Below are positions 42,510 through 53,488 of a DNA stretch of 64,000 nucleotides, piece after piece. How positions within the stretch are numbered: position 1 is the stretch's first letter; each line of letters starts with the position of its first letter. Source of the stretch: Aggregatibacter segnis (GTDB lineage Bacteria > Pseudomonadota > Gammaproteobacteria > Enterobacterales > Pasteurellaceae); contig CALIHN010000006.1 in NCBI GenBank assembly GCA_938021175.1, positions 62,206 through 126,205 on the forward strand, given 5' to 3'. Under the pieces are notes generated by a model that saw only the letters and a program-made list of their open reading frames with translations, was not told where the DNA came from and searched no databases. The position numbers and the translations under genes are program-made.

Positions 42510-44999
42510 TTAAATCGAGCGTTTAATCTCAACGACTTCGAACACCTCAATCTGGTCGCCGACTTTTACATCATTGTAGTTCTTCACGCCGATACCACAT
42601 TCCACACCGTTACGGACTTCAGATACGTCGTCTTTGAAGCGACGGAGAGACTCCAATTCACCTTCGAAGATCACCACGTTGTCGCGTAATACGCGGATTG
42701 GGTTGTTACGTTTCACAATACCTTCAGTCACCATACAACCAGCAATCGCACCGAATTTCGGATGTTTGAACACATCACGCACTTCAGCCAAACCGATGAT
42801 TTCTTGTTTGAATTCAGGTTGTAACATACCGCTCATCGCTGCTTTCACATCATTTAAGAGTTCATAAATGATGGAGTAATAACGAAGGTCGATATTTTCG
42901 GCTTCGATAATACGGCGGGCTGATGCATCCGCACGGACGTTAAAGCCGACCATAATCGCGTTGGAGGCTGCGGCTAACGTTGCGTCAGTTTCAGAAATAC
43001 CGCCCACCCCGGAACCGACAACTTTCACTTTTACTTCATCCGTAGAAAGCTCTTGTAACGATTGAATAATCGCTTCCACAGAACCTTGTACGTCTGCTTT
43101 CACAATGATGTTGAGTTCAGCGACATCCCCTTCCGTCATATTGCTAAACATATTTTCGAGTTTCGCTTTTTGCTGACGAGCCAGTTTCACTTCACGGAAT
43201 TTACCTTGACGGTGTAATGCCACTTCACGTGCTTTTTTCTCATCACGCACTACGGTGGCTTCATCACCCGCTGCCGGAACGCCAGAAAGACCTAACACCT
43301 CAACAGGGATAGATGGACCGGCTTCCTCGATTTCTTGACCGTTTTCATCACGCATCGCACGAACACGACCATACTCAAAACCGCAAAGTACGATATCGCC
43401 TTTATGTAACGTACCGGATTGAACAAGAATGGTTGCCACCGGACCACGACCTTTATCAAGGTAAGATTCGATCACAACACCACTTGCCATACCGTCTTTC
43501 ACCGCGGTTAATTCAAGTACTTCTGATTGAAGTAGGATGGCATCTAATAAATCATCGATACCCATACCTTTCTTCGCGGAAACCGGTACGAATTGCACAT
43601 CACCACCGAATTTTTCAGAAATCACTTCATGTTGAAGCAATTCTTGTTCTACGCGATCCGGGTTGGCTTCCGGTTTATCAATTTTATTCACCGCAACCAC
43701 TAAAGGCGCACCGGCTGCTTTCGCGTGTTGGATCGCTTCAATGGTTTGAGGCATCACACCATCATCTGCTGCAACCACAAGCACAACGATATCCGTTGCT
43801 TTCGCACCACGTGCACGCATAGAGGTAAATGCCGCGTGTCCCGGAGTATCTAGGAAGGTAATCATCTTACCGTCATCCATTTCTACGTGGTATGCACCGA
43901 TGTGCTGAGTAATACCACCCGCCTCGCCGGCTGCCACTTTGGCTTTACGAATGTAGTCAAGTAATGAGGTTTTACCATGGTCAACGTGACCCATAATGGT
44001 TACTACCGGTGCACGCGTCACTTTTTCAGCATTAACATCACGATCGCCTAATACTTCTTCTTCAAGCTCATTTTCGTTACGAAGAATGACTTTGTGACCT
44101 AATTCTTCTGCCACTAATTGCGCCGTTTCTTGGTCAAGCACTTGGTTAATGGTCACCATTTCGCCCATTTTCATCATCGCCTTGATGATTTCAGTCGCCT
44201 TGGTCGCCATCTTATTTGCTAATTCTGCAACGGTAATGGTTTCACCAATGACAACATCTGTTTTCACCGCCTGGACAGGTTTTGTAAAGGCTTGTTGTAA
44301 TGCGGCACCTTTTTTACCATTTTTACCTTTACCGAATTTACCGTCTTTTAGATTACGGCGGTTAGACTCACGCTCGTTTTTATTGCTTTCGTCATCACGT
44401 CCGCCTTTTTTCGCTTTGGCCACTTTATTTTTACCGCGACCGCGACCTTCATTACGACGTTCTTCTTCATCTTCTGCTTCTAAAGCATAACGAGAACTTA
44501 AATTATAATCGGTATAATCTTCTGAGGTGCTTTCATTGCTTGACGTATCAGCCTCAGCATAACGTTTCGCTTCCTCAGCCGCTTTACGCGCTTGTTCTTC
44601 CGCTTTTTGACGAGCTAACTCTTCCGCTTTACGGCGTAATTCCGCCTCTTCAGCTTTACGTTTTTCTTTTTCCGGATCAACCGATTTAGGTTTATTTTCA
44701 ACCGCACTTTGTGCTTGTTTCGCTTTTTCCGCCGCTTCTTTGTCTTTCGCCGCTTTCTCTTTTGCTGCTTTTTCTCTTAGCGCTTTTTCTTCCGCCGCTT
44801 TTTGCTCAGCTTCTTGTTTCGCTTTTAATTTTGCAGCTTCCTCAGCTCTTTGTGCCGCCTCTGTTGGAATTGTACGTTTTTTACGCACCTCAACCTGCAC
44901 TTCTTTACTCTTACCAGAAGCGCTCGTTCCGCTCACGGTCGTTTTTGTTCTACGCTGTAAGCTCAGTTTCTTTGGGGCATTTTTTAATTCTTCTGTCAT
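42510..44999 (-). CDS. infB: Translation initiation factor IF-2
   Basis: 829 aa; Lys/Glu/Ala-rich N-terminal region, GTP-binding domain ([12 protein letters not shown]), C-terminal domains. Confidence 0.95.
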   Translation of the reverse strand: MTEELKNAPKKLSLQRRTKTTVSGTSASGKSKEVQVEVRKKRTIPTEAAQRAEEAAKLKAKQEAEQKAAEEKALREKAAKEKAAKDKEAAEKAKQAQSAVENKPKSVDPEKEKRKAEEAELRRKAEELARQKAEEQARKAAEEAKRYAEADTSSNESTSEDYTDYNLSSRYALEAEDEEERRNEGRGRGKNKVAKAKKGGRDDESNKNERESNRRNLKDGKFGKGKNGKKGAALQQAFTKPVQAVKTDVVIGETITVAELANKMATKATEIIKAMMKMGEMVTINQVLDQETAQLVAEELGHKVILRNENELEEEVLGDRDVNAEKVTRAPVVTIMGHVDHGKTSLLDYIRKAKVAAGEAGGITQHIGAYHVEMDDGKMITFLDTPGHAAFTSMRARGAKATDIVVLVVAADDGVMPQTIEAIQHAKAAGAPLVVAVNKIDKPEANPDRVEQELLQHEVISEKFGGDVQFVPVSAKKGMGIDDLLDAILLQSEVLELTAVKDGMASGVVIESYLDKGRGPVATILVQSGTLHKGDIVLCGFEYGRVRAMRDENGQEIEEAGPSIPVEVLGLSGVPAAGDEATVVRDEKKAREVALHRQGKFREVKLARQQKAKLENMFSNMTEGDVAELNIIVKADVQGSVEAIIQSLQELSTDEVKVKVVGSGVGGISETDATLAAASNAIMVGFNVRADASARRIIEAENIDLRYYSIIYELLNDVKAAMSGMLQPEFKQEIIGLAEVRDVFKHPKFGAIAGCMVTEGIVKRNNPIRVLRDNVVIFEGELESLRRFKDDVSEVRNGVECGIGVKNYNDVKVGDQIEVFEVVEIKRSI

Positions 45000-45014
45000 C
45001 TTTTCACTCCTTCA

Positions 45015-46511
45015 TTACTCAGTGAACCAACAAATGTTTCGAGCTGCCATAATTAAATCTGCAGCTTGTTCGGCACTGAGTCCTTCAATGTCGGCTAAAT
45101 CATCAACGCCTTGCTCAGCAAGATCTTCCAAGGTCGTGATTTGTTTTTCTGCCAATTTAAAGGCGATGTGACGATTCATGCCTTCAAGATTCAACAAACG
45201 ATCTTCAATTTTTGCTTTTTTCAACGCTTCTTCTTCTGCCAATGCTTTCGCTGTAATGGCATTTTTCGCGCGAGTTTGCAATTCCTCTACTAAATCTTCA
45301 TCTTCCAAACCGTCAATGGCGGTTAATTCGCTCACGGAAACATAAGCCAATTCTTCTAGCGTAGAGAACCCTTCATCAATTAATAATTGTGCAAATTCCT
45401 CGTCGATCTCCAAGGCATCAATGAACAAGTTCAATACTTTGTCGTCTTCCGCTTGGTGTTTTGCATTTAAGTCTTGAGTAGTCATGACGTTTAACACCCA
45501 ACCGGTTAATTGAGTTGCCAAACGTACGTTTTGACCATTACGGCCAATGGCTTGCGCTAAGTTAGCTTCTTCTACCGCAATATCCATCGCATGTTTATCT
45601 TCATCAACAACGATAGAACTCACATCTGCCGGCGCCATAGCGTTGATCACGAATTGTGCCGGGTTGTCATCCCAAAGCACGATATCAACACGTTCACCGC
45701 CTAACTCATTGGTAATCGCTTGAACACGAGCTCCACGCATCCCTACGCAAGCACCTACAGGATCAATACGTTTATCATTGCTCTTCACCGCAATTTTAGC
45801 GCGAGAACCGGGATCGCGTGCTGCACCTCTAATTTCGATCAATTCTTCACCAATTTCCGGCACTTCCAAACGGAACAATTCTATTAACATTTCCGGTTTA
45901 GCACGCGTCACGAATAATTGTGCACCTTTGCTTTCTGGGCTTACTTTATATAACACGCCGCGCACACGGTCACCCGGACGGAAGTTTTCACGTGGCAACA
46001 TATCTTCACGCAACATCACGGCTTCTGCTTTATTACCATCTTCACCGTTCACATCTAAAATAACGCTGTCGCGGTTACTTTTCTTCACTGTCGCCGTAAT
46101 AATTTGTCCTTCTTTCGCGCGGAATTGGTCAACGATTTTACTGCGTTCTGCTTCACGAATTTTCGTGCTAATCACTTGACGCGCAGTTTGCATCGCAATA
46201 CGGTCAAAGGCGATAGATTCGATTTGATCTTCCACATAATCACCAATTTGTGCATTAGGGTCTTCAAAACGAGCTGCTTCTAAGGTGATTTCTTTTGTCG
46301 GGTTATTCACTTCTTCCACCACTAACCAACGACGGAATGTGTCAAACTCACCGGTCTTAGTATTAATCGCAACACGAACATCAACGTCATATTCGTATTT
46401 CTTTTTGGTGGAAAGGGCAATAGCGCTTTCCAACGCTTCAAAAATTTTTTCACGCGGAAGCAATTTCTCATTGGATACGGCTTCTGCCGCTAATAAAATT
46501 TCTTTACTCAT
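45015..46511 (-). CDS. nusA: Transcription termination/antitermination factor NusA
   Basis: 498 aa; S1, KH and acidic repeat domains. Confidence 0.95.
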   Translation of the reverse strand: MSKEILLAAEAVSNEKLLPREKIFEALESAIALSTKKKYEYDVDVRVAINTKTGEFDTFRRWLVVEEVNNPTKEITLEAARFEDPNAQIGDYVEDQIESIAFDRIAMQTARQVISTKIREAERSKIVDQFRAKEGQIITATVKKSNRDSVILDVNGEDGNKAEAVMLREDMLPRENFRPGDRVRGVLYKVSPESKGAQLFVTRAKPEMLIELFRLEVPEIGEELIEIRGAARDPGSRAKIAVKSNDKRIDPVGACVGMRGARVQAITNELGGERVDIVLWDDNPAQFVINAMAPADVSSIVVDEDKHAMDIAVEEANLAQAIGRNGQNVRLATQLTGWVLNVMTTQDLNAKHQAEDDKVLNLFIDALEIDEEFAQLLIDEGFSTLEELAYVSVSELTAIDGLEDEDLVEELQTRAKNAITAKALAEEEALKKAKIEDRLLNLEGMNRHIAFKLAEKQITTLEDLAEQGVDDLADIEGLSAEQAADLIMAARNICWFTE

Positions 46512-46534
46512 GCTTTTTCTATCCTTCTTTAAAT

Positions 46535-46990
46535 TTAAAATTTCGCAACAACGTTGGCTTTCTGAATGTTGCCAAACGCCAAAACCTGTTCTTGTTTATC
46601 CACAATCAACGTAATCATGTCATTTTCAATTTTAGCCAATTCGCCTTGCCATTTACGACGATCCGCCACCGGAATACGCAAATGCACGACAATTTCCTGA
46701 CCGACATAACGGGTATATTGCGCCAAGGTAAATAGCGGACGATCTAACCCAGGTGAGGACACTTCAAGGTTATATTTATCGGCAATCGGATCTTCCACAT
46801 CTAACACTGCGCTCACTTGACGGCTTACATCGGCACAATCATCTACTGTTACGCCACCTTCTTTATCAATAAATAAACGCACGGTTAAATAACGACCGAC
46901 GCGTTGGCATTCAATGCCCCAAAGCTCGCAGCCTAGATCTTCTACCGAGCCTTGTAATAAATCCTGTAATTTTTGTTCCAAAGTTGCCAA
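46535..46990 (-). CDS. rimP: Ribosome maturation factor RimP
   Basis: 151 aa RimP-like, immediately upstream of nusA as in E. coli. Confidence 0.9.
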   Translation of the reverse strand: MATLEQKLQDLLQGSVEDLGCELWGIECQRVGRYLTVRLFIDKEGGVTVDDCADVSRQVSAVLDVEDPIADKYNLEVSSPGLDRPLFTLAQYTRYVGQEIVVHLRIPVADRRKWQGELAKIENDMITLIVDKQEQVLAFGNIQKANVVAKF

Positions 46991-47100
46991 AACAACCTCC
47001 CTAAACGATAGACGTAAAAAAAGGGCTTACAGCCCAGTTTTTCAATAATTATCAACGTATTAAAAACAACGCGTTGATATTTAAACAACAAATTTATCGT

Positions 47101-47131
47101 ATAAAAAAACCCCAAAATTGGGGTTCTTTTT
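47101..47131 (-). terminator. Terminator hairpin after metY (minus strand)
   Basis: AACCCC-AAUUUU-GGGGUU followed by a U-run on the minus strand. Confidence 0.65.
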
Positions 47132-47145
47132 ACTGAACTTGTGAT

Positions 47146-47222
<77 letters not shown>

Positions 47223-47321
47223 TCCGAAATATGTGGCGTATTATAGTGTTCTAGAACACAAATAGCAAGATTTAATTCAGTAAAAGCCTGAGAAAAAACG
47301 GTCTGAAAATTCACCGCACTT

Positions 47322-47573
47322 TTAAAGACTAAACAACCAATCGTCTTTTTTCGGCATTTGTAAGTAAAATCCTTTTTCTTTAATTTGCTGCAACACTTCC
47401 GTTTTATCGGCATTTACCAACGGTTTTGTACCAGCAAGATTAAACAACATGACAAAAACCGGTTTACCAAAAACCGTTAATAACGCTTCAGGTAACGCAT
47501 CAAATTGATCGCGTTTTTCAATATAAAGATACATGCCCGCTTCTTTTGGGCTTTTATAAATAGCACATAGCAT
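47322..47573 (-). CDS. ycgL: YcgL-domain protein (DUF709)
   Basis: [31 protein letters not shown] ~ E. coli YcgL; start at 47573 has a GGAG SD; divergent from minC as in E. coli. Confidence 0.8.
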   Translation of the reverse strand: MLCAIYKSPKEAGMYLYIEKRDQFDALPEALLTVFGKPVFVMLFNLAGTKPLVNADKTEVLQQIKEKGFYLQMPKKDDWLFSL

Positions 47574-47657
47574 AATTTTGCTCCAATACAAGGTTCAAGT
47601 TGCCGATTTTGCAATAATTCATTATCATTAAGCAACTTTTTTCCTTGGAATTTCTTT

Positions 47658-48320
47658 ATGGCTCAAGATATTATCGAACTACGAACAGGTCAATTTTCCG
47701 CTGTATTTATCAGTATCAATAGTTCAAGCTTGACCGCAATTAAGCGCGCATTGACAAAGAAAAGCAAAACTTCCCCTTCATTATTTAAAAATATTGAAGT
47801 GATTTTGCAATTCAATCCGATGCTGGAAAAAGTGAATTTAACCGAACTAAAAGCACTGCTTGCCGAATATCACATTCACGTCATTGGAGTTGCCGACTGG
47901 CAAAATCATCTACAAAGAGAATTAATTTTAACCGCCGATTTACCGATTCTAGGCAACATTGATAATCTTTCAGAAATACTTCCCGAACCTCGTAGTCTGC
48001 CGACAAAAGTCATAACCCACAATGTTATTGATAAACAGGTCATTTATGCGAAAAACAGTGATTTGATTATTCATGGTGATGTAGAACAAGGCGCTGAAGT
48101 CGCAGCAGACGGCAATATTCATATTTATGGCGAATTATTAGGACGCGCCATGGCGGGGGTCAACAGTAATTCCGGTGCGATCTATACACAATATTTAGAT
48201 GCCGAATTTGTAGCAGTAAATAGTCGTTTCTTACACAAAGAAAAAATCCCAACTGAATTTTTATATCGTTCAGTCAGGATTTTTGCTGAAAAGGATAAAT
48301 TAGTTTTTATCCCATTCTAA
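47658..48320 (+). CDS. minC: Septum-site-determining protein MinC
   Basis: The C-terminal half aligns closely with E. coli MinC (GAEVAADGNIHIYGELLGRAMAG vs [23 protein letters not shown]); 220 aa. Confidence 0.85.
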   Translation: MAQDIIELRTGQFSAVFISINSSSLTAIKRALTKKSKTSPSLFKNIEVILQFNPMLEKVNLTELKALLAEYHIHVIGVADWQNHLQRELILTADLPILGNIDNLSEILPEPRSLPTKVITHNVIDKQVIYAKNSDLIIHGDVEQGAEVAADGNIHIYGELLGRAMAGVNSNSGAIYTQYLDAEFVAVNSRFLHKEKIPTEFLYRSVRIFAEKDKLVFIPF

Positions 48321-48338
48321 AAGCAGGAAATCTGCCTT

Positions 48339-48743
48339 TTATTTATTTTCAGTGCGTTCTTTTACGGCTTCTTTCACTTCAGCCGCTTTTTCAGATACCG
48401 CATCAGCAGCTTGACTCACTTTCTCAGCAGCAGCCTCTTTCATTTCTCCTGCTTTGGTTGCCATTGTATCCATTTTTTCAGCTGCAGCTTCTTTTGCTTC
48501 AACCATTTTCTCAGCAGCGGCATCTTTCATTTCGCCTGCTTTTGCTGCCACAGCGTCTTTTGTTTCTTTAACAGCTTCAACGGTTGCCGTTTTTACATCT
48601 TGTGCTGCACTGACTACCGCTTCTTTTGCTTCTGAAACACTGGCTTTAGCCTGTTCAACTTTTTGTGAAGTTTTATTGTCATCACACGCGGTAAGACTTA
48701 ACACTGCACCTAAGATTAAGGCGGTTAATACTGATTTTTTCAT
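48339..48743 (-). CDS. Lipoprotein with Ala/Glu/Lys-rich tandem amphipathic repeats
   Basis: Signal + lipobox (LSLTAC); mature part made of repeated ~11/22-aa units (AKAGEMKDAAAEKMVEAKEAAAEKM...); AGGAG SD before the ATG at 48743. Confidence 0.6.
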   Translation of the reverse strand: MKKSVLTALILGAVLSLTACDDNKTSQKVEQAKASVSEAKEAVVSAAQDVKTATVEAVKETKDAVAAKAGEMKDAAAEKMVEAKEAAAEKMDTMATKAGEMKEAAAEKVSQAADAVSEKAAEVKEAVKERTENK

Positions 48744-48839
48744 AGTAGCTCCTAACAAATAAAAAAAATAAACGCCTCACAAACCTATTTTGTAAGACGT
48801 TTACAGTGTGTAACAAAATGACGTAAAAAGAAATGTTTT

Positions 48840-49310
48840 TTAATTCGTTTTACTGAAATATTTTATTTCTTTAACTTCAGCTCGGTGATTATTCAAATGA
48901 ACCTCAACAATCGTAGCGGGATAAAAACTCGCCGGATTTCGACCGCACAATTCTTTCACAATATCACCGACTAAAGGCAAATGAGAGATCAGCAGGAGAT
49001 TGCAATGTCCTTCTTTTTCCAACAAAGCCACATAAGAACTAACCAAGCCGGAATCACCATAAGGCGTAATGCCTTCCCACACTTCCAATTTATCAGAAAG
49101 TTGTTGCTCAAAAACCTGATTAATTTCATCAAAGGTTTCTAAAGCACGGGTATAAGGGCTCACCAAGACTTTATCAAACTCAAGTGCGGTGGATTTTAGC
49201 CACATTCCTTGAAGTCGGGATTGCTCTCTACCGTTAGCATTAAGATGACGCGCTTTATCCGAGTTCGCCATCAATTCCGCTTCGCCATGACGCATAATAA
49301 ATAAATGCAT
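48840..49310 (-). CDS. sixA: Phosphohistidine phosphatase SixA
   Basis: MHLFIMRHGEA RHG motif; 156 aa. Confidence 0.85.
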   Translation of the reverse strand: MHLFIMRHGEAELMANSDKARHLNANGREQSRLQGMWLKSTALEFDKVLVSPYTRALETFDEINQVFEQQLSDKLEVWEGITPYGDSGLVSSYVALLEKEGHCNLLLISHLPLVGDIVKELCGRNPASFYPATIVEVHLNNHRAEVKEIKYFSKTN

Positions 49311-49328
49311 TTATAACGACCTTAAAGA

Positions 49329-50663
49329 TTAATTGGCCTTCACCGCTTCCGCGATTTCTTCTGCACATTGCTGAGCCAATGCACCATCTTCACATTCCAC
49401 CATCACGCGAATTAACGGCTCAGTACCTGATTTACGCAGTAAAATACGTCCTTTGCCGCTCAAGCGTTTTTCAACCTCGGCAGCTACCGCTTTCACGGCA
49501 TCGCTTTCTAATGGGTTATTACCCCCGGCAAAACGCACGTTAATTAACACTTGTGGGAATAATTTGACTGCATCGGCTAATTCGTTCAGCGACAAATGAT
49601 GTTTTACCATTGCTGTCAACACGGCTAAAGAAGCGATAATGCCATCACCGGTCGTATTGCGATCAGCAATAATAATATGCCCCGAGTTTTCACCGCCTAA
49701 GCCCCAACCGCGTTCTTGCATTTGTTCCAACACATAACGGTCGCCCACATTGGCGCGCACAAACGGAATGGCTAATTGTTTTAAGGCAAGTTCAAGACTC
49801 ATATTGCTCATTAAGGTGCCTACGACACCGCCTTGCAAACGCCCTTCGCGCAAGGCTTCACGCGCAATAATAAATAATATTTGGTCACCATCGACTTTAT
49901 TCCCGAGATGATCCACCATAATTAAACGGTCGCCATCACCATCGTATGCCAACCCCACATCCGCTTTTACTTCTAACACTTTTTGTTGCAAGGCTTTGAT
50001 ATCCGTTGCACCGCATTTTTCGTTAATGTTCATGCCATTCGGATGGGTGCCGATTTCAATTACCTCTGCGCCTAATTCACGCATAACATTCGGCGCAATA
50101 TGGTAGGTTGCGCCATTGGCACAATCCACCACAATTTTATAACCTTCTAAACTCAAATGCGCCGGAAACGTACTTTTACAGAATTCAATATAACGGCCTG
50201 CCGCATCTTTAATTCGGCTGGCTCGCCCTAGTTCGGCAGATTCAACACAGTCCATCGGTTGCTCCAACATGGCTTCGATGGCTTCCTCCACATCATCGGG
50301 TAATTTCGTCCCTTGAGTAGAAAAGAATTTAATCCCATTGTCATAATACGGATTATGGGAAGCGGAAATCACGATACCGGCTTCCGCACGAAAAGTACGG
50401 GTTAAATAAGCAATCGCCGGGGTTGGCATTGGGCCGGTAAACGCAGCAGATAAACCGGCAGCTGCCAAACCGGCTTCAAGGGCAGACTCAAGCATATAGC
50501 CCGAAATTCGGGTATCTTTACCAATCAGCACGACGCGAGATCCTTGTGTCGCTAACACTTTACCTGCAGCCCAACCGAGTTTTAAAACAAAATCAGGGGT
50601 AATCGGATGGCTACCGACTTTGCCACGCACCCCATCCGTCCCAAAATATTTACGTTCAGCCAT
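49329..50663 (-). CDS. glmM: Phosphoglucosamine mutase
   Basis: 444 aa; active-site region [15 protein letters not shown]. Confidence 0.95.
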   Translation of the reverse strand: MAERKYFGTDGVRGKVGSHPITPDFVLKLGWAAGKVLATQGSRVVLIGKDTRISGYMLESALEAGLAAAGLSAAFTGPMPTPAIAYLTRTFRAEAGIVISASHNPYYDNGIKFFSTQGTKLPDDVEEAIEAMLEQPMDCVESAELGRASRIKDAAGRYIEFCKSTFPAHLSLEGYKIVVDCANGATYHIAPNVMRELGAEVIEIGTHPNGMNINEKCGATDIKALQQKVLEVKADVGLAYDGDGDRLIMVDHLGNKVDGDQILFIIAREALREGRLQGGVVGTLMSNMSLELALKQLAIPFVRANVGDRYVLEQMQERGWGLGGENSGHIIIADRNTTGDGIIASLAVLTAMVKHHLSLNELADAVKLFPQVLINVRFAGGNNPLESDAVKAVAAEVEKRLSGKGRILLRKSGTEPLIRVMVECEDGALAQQCAEEIAEAVKAN

Positions 50664-50756
50664 GTTTCAATTCCTTCTCAATAAAAATGTTATTTATTAT
50701 TTTATGCTATCGTTCTTCCGATAAGACAGCTAGCGTCCGACAGCACAACTACGTAT

Positions 50757-51584
50757 TTAAGCATGTTGCGTTGCCAGCCAAATTTTAAGTGCATCGGCCG
50801 TTTCACCGACATCATGCACGCGCAAAATACTGGTACCTTTCATCGCAGCAATTAATGCGGCAGCTACACTGCCTACTGTCCGTTGTTCTACAGGCTTATC
50901 CAATACGGCACCAATCATGGATTTACGGGAAATTCCTGCCAACACCGGATACCCTTGTTCACAGAAAACCGAAAATTGTTGTAACAAACAATAATTATGT
51001 TGCACGCTTTTGCCAAAACCAAAGCCCGGATCCCAGATCAGATTCTCTTTTTTGATTCCGGAAGCCAAACATTGTTCCGTTCTCTGCTGCATAAATTTTA
51101 AAACATCCGCCACCACATCATCGTAATGCGGATTGAGCTGCATTGTTCGCGGCTGCCCTTGCATATGCATAATGCACACCGGCAATGCCAAACGAACGGC
51201 AGTTTGTAATGCATCAGGTTCTTGTAAAGCGCGAATATCATTAATCAAATCCATGCCTACCTTAGCGGCCTCTTGCATCACCTGCGCTTTGGAGCTATCC
51301 ACCGAAATCCAGCAATCAAATCTCTTCCTCACCGCCTCAACTAAAGGAACAACCCGCTCAAGTTCCTCTTCTAACGTTACCTCTTCTGCCATCGGACGGG
51401 TTGACTCTCCCCCAATGTCAATAATCGATGCGCCTTGATTCAACATCGTTTCAACTTGGAACAACGCCTTGTCTAATTGGAAAAATTTACCGCTATCAGA
51501 AAAAGAATCCGGGGTGAAATTGAGGATCCCCATAATTTTAGGGGTAGAAAGATCGAGTGTTTTATTATTTGCTGTTAATTTCAT
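50757..51584 (-). CDS. folP: Dihydropteroate synthase
   Basis: 275 aa FolP-like (ILNFTPDSFSD, pterin-binding region). Confidence 0.93.
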   Translation of the reverse strand: MKLTANNKTLDLSTPKIMGILNFTPDSFSDSGKFFQLDKALFQVETMLNQGASIIDIGGESTRPMAEEVTLEEELERVVPLVEAVRKRFDCWISVDSSKAQVMQEAAKVGMDLINDIRALQEPDALQTAVRLALPVCIMHMQGQPRTMQLNPHYDDVVADVLKFMQQRTEQCLASGIKKENLIWDPGFGFGKSVQHNYCLLQQFSVFCEQGYPVLAGISRKSMIGAVLDKPVEQRTVGSVAAALIAAMKGTSILRVHDVGETADALKIWLATQHA

Positions 51585-51674
51585 AGATTATTCGCTTACC
51601 GTTTAGGTAAAAAGTGCGGTGTATTATAAGAGAATTTCTATAGCCTGCCAAAAAGAAAGCATAAAGAAAGGCGG

Positions 51675-52781
51675 TTATTTATCATCCTCTTCAGAAAATC
51701 CCCACAAGCTCATTTGCCCTGAATGATTTTCTTCCGGCAACATGACATGCAAACCAATTAAACGAATACTTCTCCCCTGTCTCCGTTGCCAAATTTGACT
51801 TAGCAGCTGTTGAAAATTTTCTCTCGAAAAAACTACCGCACTTTTCTCTAAGGTCGTCACCTGAAAATCTTCAAACTTGAGTTTCACACCGATTTTTCTC
51901 AACTGTGAAAAAGAAATACTGGCAACAGAACGTTGCACGCGTTTTACTAATTGAGCATATAACTCATCCAACACGGCAATTCCCTGTTCCAAGGCAGTAA
52001 TATTCGTCAATAATGTCGTTTCAACACCAATGGATTTACGCTCTCGATGAGGCTGAATCATTCGCTCATCAATACCATGGCTGTATGACCAAATTTGTTG
52101 CCCCATCTTACCCAATGCGTTTAACAAGAGATGCCGATCAATTTTTTTTACATCTGCACAACATGCTAAGCCCATTTGCAGTAATTTTTCCGAAGTCACT
52201 TTGCCCACACCTGGAATTTTTTTAAGTGGCAAATGAGCAACAAACTCATCGACATCTTTGGGCTCAATCACAAATTGCCCGTTCGGTTTATTTTGATCAG
52301 AGGCGATTTTGGCTAAAAATTTTAATGGTGCAACACCAGCAGAAGCGGTTAACCGAAGTTCATCCCAAATGGCTTGGCGAATATCTTGTGCGATCCAAGT
52401 TGCCGAACCGGCACATTTATCACAATCGGTTACATCTAAATAAGCCTCATCTAAAGAAAGCGGTTCAATGATTGTCGTATAACGCTGGAAAATTTGATGA
52501 ATTTGACGGGAAACCTCGCGATATAGAGGCATGTTAACCGGCAGTAAAACCAAATGAGGACACAATTTTAGCGCCTGTGCGGTTGGCATTGCACTGTGTA
52601 GCCCAAACTTGCGGGCAATGTAATTACATGTTGTCAACACGCCTCGTTGCTCTGCTCTTCCACCAACAGCAACAGGCTTATCCGCCAATGTAGGATTTTC
52701 ACGCATTTCAATGGAAGCGTAAAAACAGTCCATATCAATGTGAATAATTTTTCTAGGCTTGCAGGAAAGAGAATCAGGCAT
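51675..52781 (-). CDS. dinB: DNA polymerase IV
   Basis: KIIHIDMDCFYASIEMRENP catalytic N-terminus; 368 aa. Confidence 0.95.
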   Translation of the reverse strand: MPDSLSCKPRKIIHIDMDCFYASIEMRENPTLADKPVAVGGRAEQRGVLTTCNYIARKFGLHSAMPTAQALKLCPHLVLLPVNMPLYREVSRQIHQIFQRYTTIIEPLSLDEAYLDVTDCDKCAGSATWIAQDIRQAIWDELRLTASAGVAPLKFLAKIASDQNKPNGQFVIEPKDVDEFVAHLPLKKIPGVGKVTSEKLLQMGLACCADVKKIDRHLLLNALGKMGQQIWSYSHGIDERMIQPHRERKSIGVETTLLTNITALEQGIAVLDELYAQLVKRVQRSVASISFSQLRKIGVKLKFEDFQVTTLEKSAVVFSRENFQQLLSQIWQRRQGRSIRLIGLHVMLPEENHSGQMSLWGFSEEDDK

Positions 52782-52784
52782 AAA

Positions 52785-52825
52785 AAAGTGCGGTTAAAAA
52801 ACATGTTATTTTCTAACCGCACTTT
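52785..52825 (-). promoter_or_regulatory. Uptake-sequence hairpin with U-tract forming the dinB leader immediately 5' of the start codon
   Basis: 12-bp stem AAAGTGCGGTTA / TAACCGCACTTT with a 17-nt loop. On the minus strand UUUUUU runs directly into the AUG, and no SD is visible. Confidence 0.55.
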
Positions 52826-52834
52826 AGCATAAAT

Positions 52835-52854
52835 CACTGTATAAATAAACAGCA
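52835..52854. promoter_or_regulatory. LexA (SOS) box upstream of dinB, overlapping a putative -35/-10
   Basis: CACTGTATAAATAAACAGCA = CTGT-N8-ACAG. On the minus strand it overlaps TTGCGC-17-TATACA. Confidence 0.6.
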
Positions 52855-52855
52855 T

Positions 52856-53365
52856 TTAATGCGCAACATTAATTTGTTGTCCATCAGCAAAAACAACTTT
52901 CTCCGGAACAGCATAAATCATTAAATTTTCTTGCAAATTGCTAAACAAAGAACGATATTCTCCTGCTACTTTATTAAATGGAATGCGCAAATTAATATTA
53001 ATCTTATCTCCTGCTGCCATTGATTCTTCAAAATTTAACGGCACGCTTTGTAAATGAATAATTTGCTTTTCATATGTATACACGCTTAACCATTGGAAAA
53101 ATTTTATTGGTTTATCACTTTTGTTTTCAACAATAAATTTAACCAAGACATAAGCCTGATTATTGTCATCTACGGCAATATCTCGTCCTTCAAAACTCAC
53201 CACCACATAATCTTGAAAAGCCCCAAAAGAAATATCTTGTACGTTTTGACTTTTCTTATCAACTTGCTCAGTTTGACTTAGTTTTCCTTTAGAATTTTTT
53301 TCTACTGCAAAAGCCATATTGGTTGCAAATATGAAAGATAAAAAAAGGGAGATTAATAATTTCAT
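52856..53365 (-). CDS. Hypothetical secreted protein (signal peptide, AT-rich gene)
   Basis: N-terminal signal MKLLISLFLSFIFATNMAFA; no recognisable family; codon usage visibly AT-richer than its neighbours. Confidence 0.5.
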   Translation of the reverse strand: MKLLISLFLSFIFATNMAFAVEKNSKGKLSQTEQVDKKSQNVQDISFGAFQDYVVVSFEGRDIAVDDNNQAYVLVKFIVENKSDKPIKFFQWLSVYTYEKQIIHLQSVPLNFEESMAAGDKININLRIPFNKVAGEYRSLFSNLQENLMIYAVPEKVVFADGQQINVAH

Positions 53366-53488
53366 TCAAATACCATATCCATAGTTGGAGAATTAATAAG
53401 CTAAGAGAATATACCGCACGAAATAAAAAGTAAAAAGGATAGATAAATTTCTATCCTTTTTATTATTTCAATCGTGCAATTTTATCTT

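Noticed and set aside
44149-45171. Plus-strand ORFs rich in Leu/Ser/Phe/Ala overlapping the infB 5' end
   Set aside because: Mirror artefacts of the repetitive Lys/Glu/Ala-rich N-terminal region of IF-2 on the opposite strand.
48411-48762. Two plus-strand ORFs with repetitive FSAAASF/CFCCH sequence
   Set aside because: Antisense reading of the tandem-repeat lipoprotein gene; same coordinates and periodicity.
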